From positions 2,081-35,641 of the forward strand of contig DHWM01000197.1 in the NCBI GenBank assembly GCA_002413185.1: 33,561 nt of DNA, given 5' to 3'. The stretch's first letter is position 1. Each line of letters starts with the position of its first letter. The notes under the pieces are model-generated. The model saw only the letters and a program-made list of their open reading frames with translations, had not been told where the DNA came from and did no database searches. Below, piece by piece: positions 25,793 to 33,141 of this stretch. Source of the DNA: Actinobacteria bacterium UBA5182 (GTDB lineage: Bacteria; Actinomycetota; UBA4738). Made by a program: the position numbers and the translations under genes.

Positions 25793-27043
25793 TCAGTAGC
25801 GGTTCGCCACCATCAGCTCCTCCGCCGGAAAGAGCGTGAGCAGCTGGGGCCCGTCCGCCGTGACCACGATCTCCTCTTCGATTCGCGCCGCGGAGTGGCC
25901 GTCGTCGGCCGGGCAGTACGTTTCCAGCGCGAACACCATGCCCTCCTGCAGCTCGACGGGGTGCTGCAGCGAGTTCAGGCGGCTGAAGATGGGCCGCTCG
26001 TGCAGGGCCAGCCCGAGGCCGTGGCCGAACTGCAGCCCGAACGCCTCCATCTCGTCGGCGAACCCGAACTCCTGCGCCTCCGGCCACACCCGGACGATCT
26101 CGTCGGTGCTCACCCCGGGCTTCACCAGCGCGATGGCGGCGTCCATCCACTCCCGGGCCCGCGCGTACGCATCCCGCTGGCTCTGTGTGGCCCGCCCGAC
26201 ACTGAACGTCCGGTAGTAGCACGTCCGGTAGCCGTTGTACGAGTGGATGATGTCGAAGAACGCCTGGTCGCCGGGGCGGATCATCCGGTCCGAGAAGATG
26301 TGGGGGTGCGGGCTGCACCGTTCGCCGGAGATCGCGTTCACGCCCTCCACGTCGTCGGAGCCCATCTCGTACAGGCGCTTGTTCACCAGCGCGACGATGT
26401 CGTTCTCGCGGATGCCCGGCTTCAGGGCCTCGTAGATCATGTGGTAGACGCCGTCCACCATGGAGGCGGCCATGGACAGCAGCGTGATCTCGTCGTTCGA
26501 CTTGATCATGCGGGCGTCCAGCATGGTCTGCTGCGCGTCGCGAACCTCCAGGCCGAGCGCTTGGAGCTCGAACACCATGGGCAGCTCCGCGATGTCCAGG
26601 CCGAGCGGCTCGTGCGCCACGCCGTTCTCCTCGAGGACCGCCTTGACCTCGCGCGCCGTGCTGGCGAAGAAGCCGGCCTCGGGCGCGACGGAGCCGCGAA
26701 GACCGGTCATCCCGGCTCGCGAGTTCTCCGGCGCCAGCCACGGCGAGTGCAGGCGGTGGGCCTTCGCCGCCGAGCCGAAGTCCCACAGCACGGGCGGGCC
26801 GGTCCGCGTCAGCAAGGCGAACCGCATGAGTTTGTCGCGGGCCCACTCGCCGATGTTCGTGCTGGTCAGGTACCGGATGTTGTTCATGTCGAAGCAGAGC
26901 ACGGCGCCCAAATCCGACTGCTCGAGGGCGTGACGGGCCCGGCCCAGCCGGTAGGCGCGCAGCCGGTCGAAGTCGACCCGAGCCTCGAAGTCGACGTTCA
27001 TGCCGCCGGGGGCGGGGATGGAGGTCTGGGCGAACTCGTTCAC
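25793..27043 (-). CDS. M24-family hydrolase (creatinase/prolidase/DddP-like fold), non-canonical metal site
   Basis: A creatinase_N-like N-terminus (FDRLRAYRLGRARHALEQSDLGAVLCFDMNNIRYLTS) precedes the pita-bread domain (GDQAFFDIIHSYNGYRTCYYRTF, GHGLGLALHERP, FALETY, RIEEEIVVT). GTG 27043 has GGAG 8 nt upstream. ATG 27001 and the ORF-track start at 27172 are alternatives. Confidence 0.85.
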   Translation of the reverse strand: MNEFAQTSIPAPGGMNVDFEARVDFDRLRAYRLGRARHALEQSDLGAVLCFDMNNIRYLTSTNIGEWARDKLMRFALLTRTGPPVLWDFGSAAKAHRLHSPWLAPENSRAGMTGLRGSVAPEAGFFASTAREVKAVLEENGVAHEPLGLDIAELPMVFELQALGLEVRDAQQTMLDARMIKSNDEITLLSMAASMVDGVYHMIYEALKPGIRENDIVALVNKRLYEMGSDDVEGVNAISGERCSPHPHIFSDRMIRPGDQAFFDIIHSYNGYRTCYYRTFSVGRATQSQRDAYARAREWMDAAIALVKPGVSTDEIVRVWPEAQEFGFADEMEAFGLQFGHGLGLALHERPIFSRLNSLQHPVELQEGMVFALETYCPADDGHSAARIEEEIVVTADGPQLLTLFPAEELMVANRY

Positions 27044-27077
27044 GTTCGGCGCTCCGGGTTCGGCGAGGTGATCTGCC

Positions 27078-27112
27078 TGCAAACGTTCGCACCGGGGGCG
27101 AGCACGTGTCAA
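27078..27112 (-). promoter_or_regulatory. LacI-family operator candidate O3 (TGCAAACGTTCGCA, 27078-27091) with a TTGACA -35 box (27107-27112)
   Basis: On the minus strand the sequence reads TTGACA, 17-18 nt, then CGAACGT, overlapping the operator TGCGAACGTTTGCA. This sits 35 nt upstream of GTG 27043. Confidence 0.55.
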
Positions 27113-27391
27113 CTCCGAACCTGCACGAATCCGGCCGGTCGGAAATAGGGCCTGGGTCCCGGCTGGTCCCATCCAACCACGAAGTGGATCCGGCGGCCCG
27201 CTTGGGCCGCCGTCGACCGTGAGAGGGACCCGCCCTCGCGTTCGACCAGGTGAGGCAACGGCTCGACCTCGGGCTGCCCGGATGGCGCATTCACAGCCAG
27301 ACCATCATCCTGTCCGGCCGTCGTTCGGCCCCATCCAGCCCCTACCATCCTCCGAAGCGAGCGCGATCGAGCTCGGACGAGGGGGAATGCG

Positions 27392-27535
27392 ATGATCGTG
27401 GTCCTGTTCTCCTACGTGATGCGCGACGACGCGAACGTCGAGGAGGAGGCGGCGGCGGCCGATCGGATGTGGTCGATCGTCACGTCGATGCCGGGCTTCA
27501 TCTCGTACAAGGTCAAGAGACTGGGCGGCGCGTGA
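27392..27535 (+). pseudogene. truncated ABM (antibiotic-biosynthesis-monooxygenase-like) domain gene
   Basis: ATG 27392 lies behind ACGAGGGGGA. MIVVLFSYVMRDDANVEEEAAAADRMWSIVTSMPGFISYK looks like the first half of an ABM/Dabb fold, then stops after 47 aa. Downstream frames show only faint continuation (GQETGRRVSVS, FGIESAESVLLY). Confidence 0.4.
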
Positions 27536-27692
27536 GCGTTTCGGCATAGAGAGCGCCGAGAGTGTTCTCCTCTATCCCGAGCTCTCCGGCCCAGCGATCC
27601 CCAGATTCCCAGGGACGAGGATCGGATTTGCAGGCTCGCCCCACCCGCCATAGGCTCCCGACACGGGGCGGCACGAGGGGAAGGAGGCACCA

Positions 27693-27986
27693 ATGGCCAC
27701 GTTCGTCACGTTGGTCAACTGGACCGAGCAGGGGATCCAGAACTACCAGGACACGGTGAAGCGGGCTGAGGCCTTCGAGCAGGTCGTCGGGCAGCACGGA
27801 GGGAAGCTCCGCGAGATCCTGTGGACGATCGGGCCTTACGACATCGTCGCCATCGTGGACGCTCCAGACGACGAGACCGTCACGGCGATCGCGCTCCAGA
27901 CGGGGGCGGGCGGGAACATCCGCACCACGACGCTTCGCGGCTTCAACCGGGACGAGATCGCCGCGATCATCGAAAAGACCCGCTGA
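27693..27986 (+). CDS. GYD-domain protein
   Basis: ATG 27693 lies behind GGAAGGAGG. MATFVTLVNWTEQGIQNYQDTVKRAEAFEQVV...TIGPYDIVAIVDAPDDETVTAIALQTGAGGNIRTTTLRGF is the typical GYD family pattern. Confidence 0.85.
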   Translation: MATFVTLVNWTEQGIQNYQDTVKRAEAFEQVVGQHGGKLREILWTIGPYDIVAIVDAPDDETVTAIALQTGAGGNIRTTTLRGFNRDEIAAIIEKTR

Positions 27987-28045
27987 ACGAGAAGCGAGCC
28001 GGGCCGGTCTGCACCCCGCCCCGTGGATCCGGCTCCCCGATCCGC

Positions 28046-28216
28046 TCAGCTCGAGGGTTCCGATTGCTCCGTGTGCGCCGTCAACTCCTTGACGGCCCGG
28101 TCGATCGCGTCCATCAGGCCGCCGTAGCTGCCCTCGTCGTCGGTCCGCCCCTCCTGCTCGTCCGGTGACGCTGACGAGCTGGAAAGGAGCACCCGCCCGA
28201 GCTGCGACATCATCAT
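28046..28216 (-). CDS. small acidic hypothetical protein (56 aa)
   Basis: A strong SD (AGGAAAGAGGAGGA) lies 5 nt before a triple ATG. The product is MMMSQLGRVLLSSSSASPDEQEGRTDDEGSYGGLMDAIDRAVKELTAHTEQSEPSS. I recognise no family. Confidence 0.45.
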   Translation of the reverse strand: MMMSQLGRVLLSSSSASPDEQEGRTDDEGSYGGLMDAIDRAVKELTAHTEQSEPSS

Positions 28217-28242
28217 CGCGTTCCTCCTCTTTCCTAAGGTCG

Positions 28243-28647
28243 TCACAGGAGGCGGCCACTTGAGCCTGCCGCTTGTCCGGAAGGCCCTTCCCAGAACTCC
28301 TCGGCCCATTCGACCCGCGAGAGACGAAGTCCGGGTCTGCTCGTCGCCCGGTTGGGGGGTGCGGATGCGCCCGTACGTCGACGAGACGCTAGCCCGTCAG
28401 CTCCTGTTCGAGGGGGGTGTGGAAACGCGGGGTAACTCTGACATCGCCGAGCCACTCCCTTATACAGCGCCCGCTCGATCGCCCCGACGTTCGCGTCCCG
28501 CATCCGGGCCCGCGCCGCCAGGAACACCGTCTTCGGATCGGTGGCGTGCAGTCCCACCAGGTCCCGCGCCACCTCGACGACGTCGCCCGCCACCGCCGCC
28601 GTGGCCAGATGGTGTCGAACGCCCAGACGCGCTCGCCGCTGCTCCAT
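28243..28647 (-). pseudogene. N-terminal fragment of an AlkZ/YcaQ-like (winged-helix, DUF1006) DNA glycosylase
   Basis: MEQRRARLGVRHHLATAAVAGDVVEVARDLVGLHATDPKTVFLAARARMRDANVGAIERALY matches the family N-terminus by eye. Similarity ends at about aa 62, and the remaining ORF (to 28243) is low-complexity Arg/Pro/Ser-rich. ATG 28662 is an alternative start. Confidence 0.45.
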
Positions 28648-28834
28648 CCCCACGCGCCTCATGGCCGGTCATTCTCCCCGCTGGCCATCCAGTCGAAGGA
28701 GGGTCAGGCCCTCGGCCTTCGGCGAGCTAGCATCTCGCGGTCGGCCATGGGAGAGGAGTTTCGTCCGTGCCCGGTTCGATCACCCGCATGCCCGGCTAGG
28801 ATGGCCCTCGTCGTCGAGGGAAGGGAGATTCGTC

Positions 28835-29599
28835 ATGCCTGACGCGCCGTTGCAGCCGCCGAACCACCCCATCTGGGCCGACCTGGCGTCGCCCGACATC
28901 GAGGCTTCGAAGCAATTCTACGGCGGGCTGTTCGGATGGGAGGCCGAAACCGTCGCGCCGCCCGAGGCGGGTACCTACACCCTGTGGCGCCTGGACGGGA
29001 AGACCGCCGCGGCCATCCAGACCACCATGGACGGCCAGATGCCGCCGGTGTGGCGCGCGTACATCCACGCGGCCGACGCTGCGGCCACCACCGAGAAGGC
29101 ACGCCAGGCCGGCGCCACCATCTTCATGGAACCGATGGACGTGTTCGACAGCGGCCGGCTGGCCTTCTTCGCCGACCCCACCGGTGCCGCGATCGGCCTG
29201 TGGCAGCCCCTGACCATGGCCGGCGCGGAGGTCATGTTCGAACCTGGCTCGCTCGGCTGGATCGAACTGGCCACGACGGACATGGACGCGGCGAAGCGGT
29301 TCTACAAGGACGTTTTCGGCTGGGACTCGCACACGAGCGAGGGCGAGATGCCGTACACGGAATGGCAGCTCGACGGGCGGTCGATCGCCGGAGCGATGAC
29401 GATGGGCCCGCAGATGGAGGGCGTGCCCCCGCACTGGCAGGTGTACTTCTCGGTCGAGGACGTTGACAAGTCGGCCGCCCAGGTCCAGGAGCTCGGCGGA
29501 AGCCTCATGGTTCCTGCGATGGACTTCCCGGGCGGACGATTCGCCATCGTGGGCGACCCTCACGGTTCGACGTTCGGGCTGATGTTCCTGCGGCGCTGA
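28835..29599 (+). CDS. two-domain VOC (glyoxalase-fold) protein
   Basis: ATG 28835 lies behind GAGGGAAGGGAGA. It has two repeats of the VOC module (IWADLASPDIEASKQFYGGLFGWEAE...FFADPTGAAIGLWQ and WIELATTDMDAAKRFYKDVFGWDS...IVGDPHGSTFGLM). Confidence 0.85.
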   Translation: MPDAPLQPPNHPIWADLASPDIEASKQFYGGLFGWEAETVAPPEAGTYTLWRLDGKTAAAIQTTMDGQMPPVWRAYIHAADAAATTEKARQAGATIFMEPMDVFDSGRLAFFADPTGAAIGLWQPLTMAGAEVMFEPGSLGWIELATTDMDAAKRFYKDVFGWDSHTSEGEMPYTEWQLDGRSIAGAMTMGPQMEGVPPHWQVYFSVEDVDKSAAQVQELGGSLMVPAMDFPGGRFAIVGDPHGSTFGLMFLRR

Positions 29600-29678
29600 C
29601 CTCCTCCGAGACGCGCCTCTCTTGGCGGTGTCTCTCGGGAGCTGGCCCTGTCCCGGGCTGAAGGCTCCCCAAGAGCGG

Positions 29679-30749
29679 TCAACCGGGGAATCGAGCCACG
29701 AAATGGTCGTGGACGCCCTGGCCGTACGCGGTGGGCGTGCCGGCGCTGTAGTCGCTGATCAGGGCCGGCCCGCTCGAGCAGTCCCAGGTGTTCCACGTCC
29801 AGGCGAGGTACCCGATGCCCTGCGTGTCGGCCCATGACATGAGCCCGTCCACGAACCCGTGGGCGCAGTCGTTCTCGCCGAATTCGCCGAGGAGGAGCGG
29901 AGCCTTCCCGGCAACCCCGGCCACCGTGTCGTTCCAGCACGTCTCGCCCGTGCACGCGTTGAAGTTGTACACGTGCCAGGCCGCGACCAGTTGCCCCAGC
30001 GTGTCGATCGGCATGTGGGCTCCCCACTCGATGAGATCGTTCGAGTAGGCCAGGCCGCCCAGCATGATCACGTTCTGGGCGCCGCTGTTTCGAACCGCAT
30101 CGACGAGCTGTTGCATCCCAGCCGCCTTCCAGGTGCCATCGACCAGACAACCGCGGAGCCAGCAGTCCCACGTGATCCCGAAGGGCTCGTTGAAGAGGTC
30201 GAAGAGGATCGCGCGGTCACGCCCGAACCGCTTGGCCACCGAACGCCAGAACGCGGGGGAGTGGTCTGCGTCGGGCATCTGCACCTGGTGATCCGCGGGG
30301 GTCGAGCCTGGGGCCGACCAGTGAAGGTCCAGAATGACGTTCAGGCCGCGGCTCTCCAGACGATGCACGTAGGCCGTCACGGCCTGTCGGTATGTGTGTC
30401 CGCCGTACTGCGGGCTCGGCATGTTGATGCCGAGCCAACAGTCCTCGTTGAGCGGCACCCGCACCGCGTGGACATGCCAGGTCTTCATGACCTGGATGCT
30501 CGGCCCGTCCACCGGACCGTCGAAGATGCCCCAGCCCTGGATGCACGCGTACTCGGTTCCGGAATGGTTCACGCCGTTCAACTGCACGACCTGGTTCTGA
30601 TCGTCGAGGAGCTGGGTGCCGGACACGTGCAAGGAGGGCGCGGTGCTGACGAACGCGGCAGGAGCCGCCGCCGCGGGCGGTCCGCCGATCCCGAGCGCGA
30701 CCAACGCGATCGAGGCAAGCACAGCGACTCCTGGACCGGGTCTCGCCAT
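29679..30749 (-). CDS. secreted glycoside hydrolase family 5 (cellulase-like)
   Basis: After the signal MARPGPGVAVLASIALVALGIGGPPAAAAPA come GVNHSGTEY, the acid/base motif LFDLFNEP, and the nucleophile region LLLGEFGEND. ATG 30791 is an alternative start. Confidence 0.85.
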   Translation of the reverse strand: MARPGPGVAVLASIALVALGIGGPPAAAAPAAFVSTAPSLHVSGTQLLDDQNQVVQLNGVNHSGTEYACIQGWGIFDGPVDGPSIQVMKTWHVHAVRVPLNEDCWLGINMPSPQYGGHTYRQAVTAYVHRLESRGLNVILDLHWSAPGSTPADHQVQMPDADHSPAFWRSVAKRFGRDRAILFDLFNEPFGITWDCWLRGCLVDGTWKAAGMQQLVDAVRNSGAQNVIMLGGLAYSNDLIEWGAHMPIDTLGQLVAAWHVYNFNACTGETCWNDTVAGVAGKAPLLLGEFGENDCAHGFVDGLMSWADTQGIGYLAWTWNTWDCSSGPALISDYSAGTPTAYGQGVHDHFVARFPG

Positions 30750-30856
30750 TCCTCCTACGCTCCCCTTTCGGGCCGTGATCACCGCTATCATCCCGGCTCA
30801 GCTGCGGGAAGACCAGCGCCGGCCGCCTTATCGCCGTCAGTTGGCGCGTCACGCAG

Positions 30857-31863
30857 TCAGCGGACGCACTGGAGCTTCGGCCGGCGGCCGCCGATCAGCC
30901 ATTCGGTCAGATAGACGTTGCCCTGGCTGTCCGCGGCGATGGCGTGAGGGCTGTTCAGGACCTCTGGACGCAGCGTGGGCGACCGAACCGGCTCGCCGGC
31001 TGGGCCTTCCGCATTCGGCCAGCCGGGTTTCGACGGCGCGGCGGCGTCTTCGAACAGGCGTGTCACCACTCGGTCTGCGCGGTCAAGGACGGTGATCCGC
31101 GGCGGCTTGAACTCGACGACGAAGAGCAGGTCGTCGATGGGGCAGAACGCGGTCGGCGAGGCGAGTTCGCCTTCGCCGACCACTCGCTTGAACACGCCAT
31201 CGAGGTCGTAGACCTGGACGCGCCCGTTCGATCGGCGATCCAGAGCTCCGCCTCGTCGCCGCGGCGGTCGATGAAGACGGCGTGCGGCCGATCGAACCTA
31301 CCGGCGCCCTCCTCGCCGGTGAGCGTGGAGATCTGCCGGCCGTCGGCTGAGAAGCGGTGAACCAGGCTCGACCCATAGCCGTCAGAGACCCAGATGTCGC
31401 CCCTGCCGTCGAACCGCGGCTCGTCCACGGCGACGTTCGTCGGGCAGTAAGCGCCACCGGCCTCGTAGGCGGCATGCGTGGGACGCGGAAGCGACATGAC
31501 GGTCGTGCCGTCGAGCGCGACCTTGACGACCGCAGCCCCCCTGTCGTCAGGCGCGGCCTTGTACTCGGCATGCGGCCGCATCTTCATGGTGGCGTCGGAT
31601 GCCCAGAGGAACGAGACGCCGTCCTCTACCACCAGGGTGAGCCCGTGTGCCTCGTCCAGTCCGCAGGGGACCGTTCTGCGGAGTTCACCCTCGAGCGAAA
31701 AGCACACCAGAGCGGGGTCGGAGGGGTGAAATGTGACCACCTCGTCCTCCGGAGTGACCACCATGCCCGCGTGCGGCCATGCGCGCCGCGTTTCGGGATC
31801 GTCGGGGAATCGTCCCCAGTCGTCGATCCACTCCCACTCGTAGCCAGCGACCTGGGTCGTCAC
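30857..31863 (-). pseudogene. NHL-repeat six-bladed-propeller (PAL-like) protein gene with one frame break
   Basis: GTG 31863 lies behind AAGGAGGA. Frame A runs ...GDIWVSDGYGSSLVHRFSADGRQ...RPHAVFIDRRGDEAELWIADR and frame B runs NGRVQVYDLDGVFKRVVGEG...PHAIAADSQGNVYLTEW. Adding one A to the AA run (plus-strand TT 31227-31228) restores the canonical ADRNGRVQVY repeat. Confidence 0.7.
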
Positions 31864-31929
31864 GGCGACATTCCTCCTTGCAGGCGTTCGGACGGACCAA
31901 TTACAGTCCGGCTCGATCGTTCGCTCAAG

Positions 31930-31958
31930 TTGACGAGGCGGTGGCCGCCAAGTATGCT
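31930..31958 (+). promoter_or_regulatory. sigma-70-like promoter for the HARE-HTH/PIN pair
   Basis: TTGACG (31930-31935), a 17-nt spacer, then TATGCT (31953-31958). The spacer contains GGCGG-N3-CCGCC. A GAGGTGA SD follows, 6 nt before ATG 31983. Confidence 0.5.
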
Positions 31959-31982
31959 GCATCTCGTCTGAGGTGATGAAGT

Positions 31983-32516
31983 ATGAATATGCAAGACCAG
32001 CTACGAGAAGCTGCGGCAGGACCTATCGAGAGTCCGGATGACGCAGAGAAGGTTCGAGAAGCCGCCGATCTCCTCGCCGCATACTTCCGCCTGGACGAGC
32101 GGGCGGCGCGAGTGCTGGCTCCCGAAGAGCCACCTACTGGGAAGACCGGCGGAGACCTCCGCGGAGCGACGCTTGACGATGCGGCAGAGCGGGTTCTGCG
32201 AGATGCCGGTGTGCCGCTCCACGCCAGGGAACTCGGTGCCCGGATCAAGGCGAGGGGGTGGCGCCATCCGCGCTCCCTGAATGCCCGTCCGGATCAGATC
32301 GTGTTCCAGCTCGCTGCGCGCCTCCCGAGGCAGCCTCACCGGTTCCGCCGGGTCGCCCCCAACACGTTCGCGCTGGCGAAGTGGGATCCGGGTGGAGCTC
32401 CAAATCGGCAGGCGCCGAGGGTGGCTCTGTTCCGCGGCCCGGGGTCTCCGATCGGTCGAACGATCGGAGAGAGCGAAGCGCCCGCCTCGGAGGGGGAGTC
32501 GGATTGGCGCTCGTGA
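31983..32516 (+). CDS. HARE-HTH (winged-helix) domain protein in antitoxin position
   Basis: In the 177-aa ORF, residues ~62-134 (ATLDDAAERVLRDAGVPLHARELGARIKARGWRHPRSLNARPDQIVFQLAARLPRQPHRFRRVAPNTFALAKW) fit the HARE-HTH pattern by eye. The N-terminus is an acidic helix and the C-terminal tail of ~40 aa looks disordered. Confidence 0.6.
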   Translation: MNMQDQLREAAAGPIESPDDAEKVREAADLLAAYFRLDERAARVLAPEEPPTGKTGGDLRGATLDDAAERVLRDAGVPLHARELGARIKARGWRHPRSLNARPDQIVFQLAARLPRQPHRFRRVAPNTFALAKWDPGGAPNRQAPRVALFRGPGSPIGRTIGESEAPASEGESDWRS

Positions 32517-32920
32517 TCGACACGGGCGTCCTCTATGCGGCTCTGGATGCGTCCGATCCTGATCACGAACCGTGTTCGGCCTTGCTCGGCGAGAGCACAG
32601 AACAGCTCGTCGTCCCTGCGCCGGTGTTCGTCGAGCTCGACTACTGGATCCGAAAGTTCGCGTCGGCCGACGTCTGGCTCGCCTTCTGCGAGGACGTGGT
32701 GGGCGGCGCGTACGCCGTGTACCCACTGGATGCCGAGTTGCTCGTCGAAGCCGCGCGGATCCAGGCGCGGTACGCGGACCAGCCAGTGGGATTGGTCGAC
32801 GCGGCCGTCTTCGCGACATGCGAGGTGCTGGGCGAGCGAAAGGTCGCCACGCTCGACCATCGCCACTTCGGCATTTTGCGGACGTCAGATGGCCGAGGGC
32901 TGGAAATCGTCCCGAACTGA
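32504..32920 (+). CDS. vapC: PIN-domain ribonuclease (VapC-like toxin)
   Basis: TTG 32504 lies 5-6 nt behind GGAGGGGGAG; alternatively GTG 32513 forms GTGA with the upstream stop. In LALVIDTGVLYAALD...VFVELDYW...GLVDAAVFATCE...TLDHRHF all four conserved acidic PIN positions are present. Confidence 0.8.
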   Translation: MALVIDTGVLYAALDASDPDHEPCSALLGESTEQLVVPAPVFVELDYWIRKFASADVWLAFCEDVVGGAYAVYPLDAELLVEAARIQARYADQPVGLVDAAVFATCEVLGERKVATLDHRHFGILRTSDGRGLEIVPN

Positions 32921-33120
32921 AGCGTGACCCCGTAGCGAGGCGCATCGGGACGCCGCCGGCAAGCTCAGGGGTTCGAGGCAGGATGAAGCGCCGCTTCAAT
33001 TCGGTCTCCCTTCGGCTCGGAATCCGAATGGGGCTGCTTTCCCCACTCAAAACCTGAACCTCGCCCGAGATGAGCTACACGTGGCCTGAGCAGGGGGAAT
33101 GCGCCCCTGACTCGCTAAGG

Positions 33121-33141
33121 CCTGAGTCCGAGACGCTCAAG
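33121..33141. promoter_or_regulatory. HAIR-like (HspR-associated inverted repeat) element upstream of lon
   Basis: CCTGAGT-N7-GCTCAAG has two mismatches to the HAIR consensus CTTGAGT-N7-ACTCAAG. It lies 77 nt upstream of the lon GTG. A TTGACG hexamer sits at 33180-33185. Confidence 0.5.

Noticed and set aside
27191-27212. 9-bp GC stem hairpin (CGGCGGCCC-GCTT-GGGCCGCCG) in the divergent region upstream of the M24 operon
   Set aside because: No U-tract follows on either strand, and no gene ends nearby that it would terminate. It may be a relic, so I did not call it a terminator.
27627-27634. TTTGCAGG half-site upstream of the GYD gene
   Set aside because: There is no matching left arm at the required spacing, so it is not a palindrome.
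27536-27692. Possible riboswitch or leader in the 157-nt region upstream of the GYD gene
   Set aside because: I recognised no conserved riboswitch core motif. It more likely represents the decayed 3' half of the ABM gene. An Rfam scan would be needed.
32983-33057. 24-codon ORF MKRRFNSVSLRLGIRMGLLSPLKT between the PIN gene and lon
   Set aside because: The SD is weak (GAGGCAGG), there is no recognisable family, and it is too short to judge. It is mentioned only as part of the leader-region finding.
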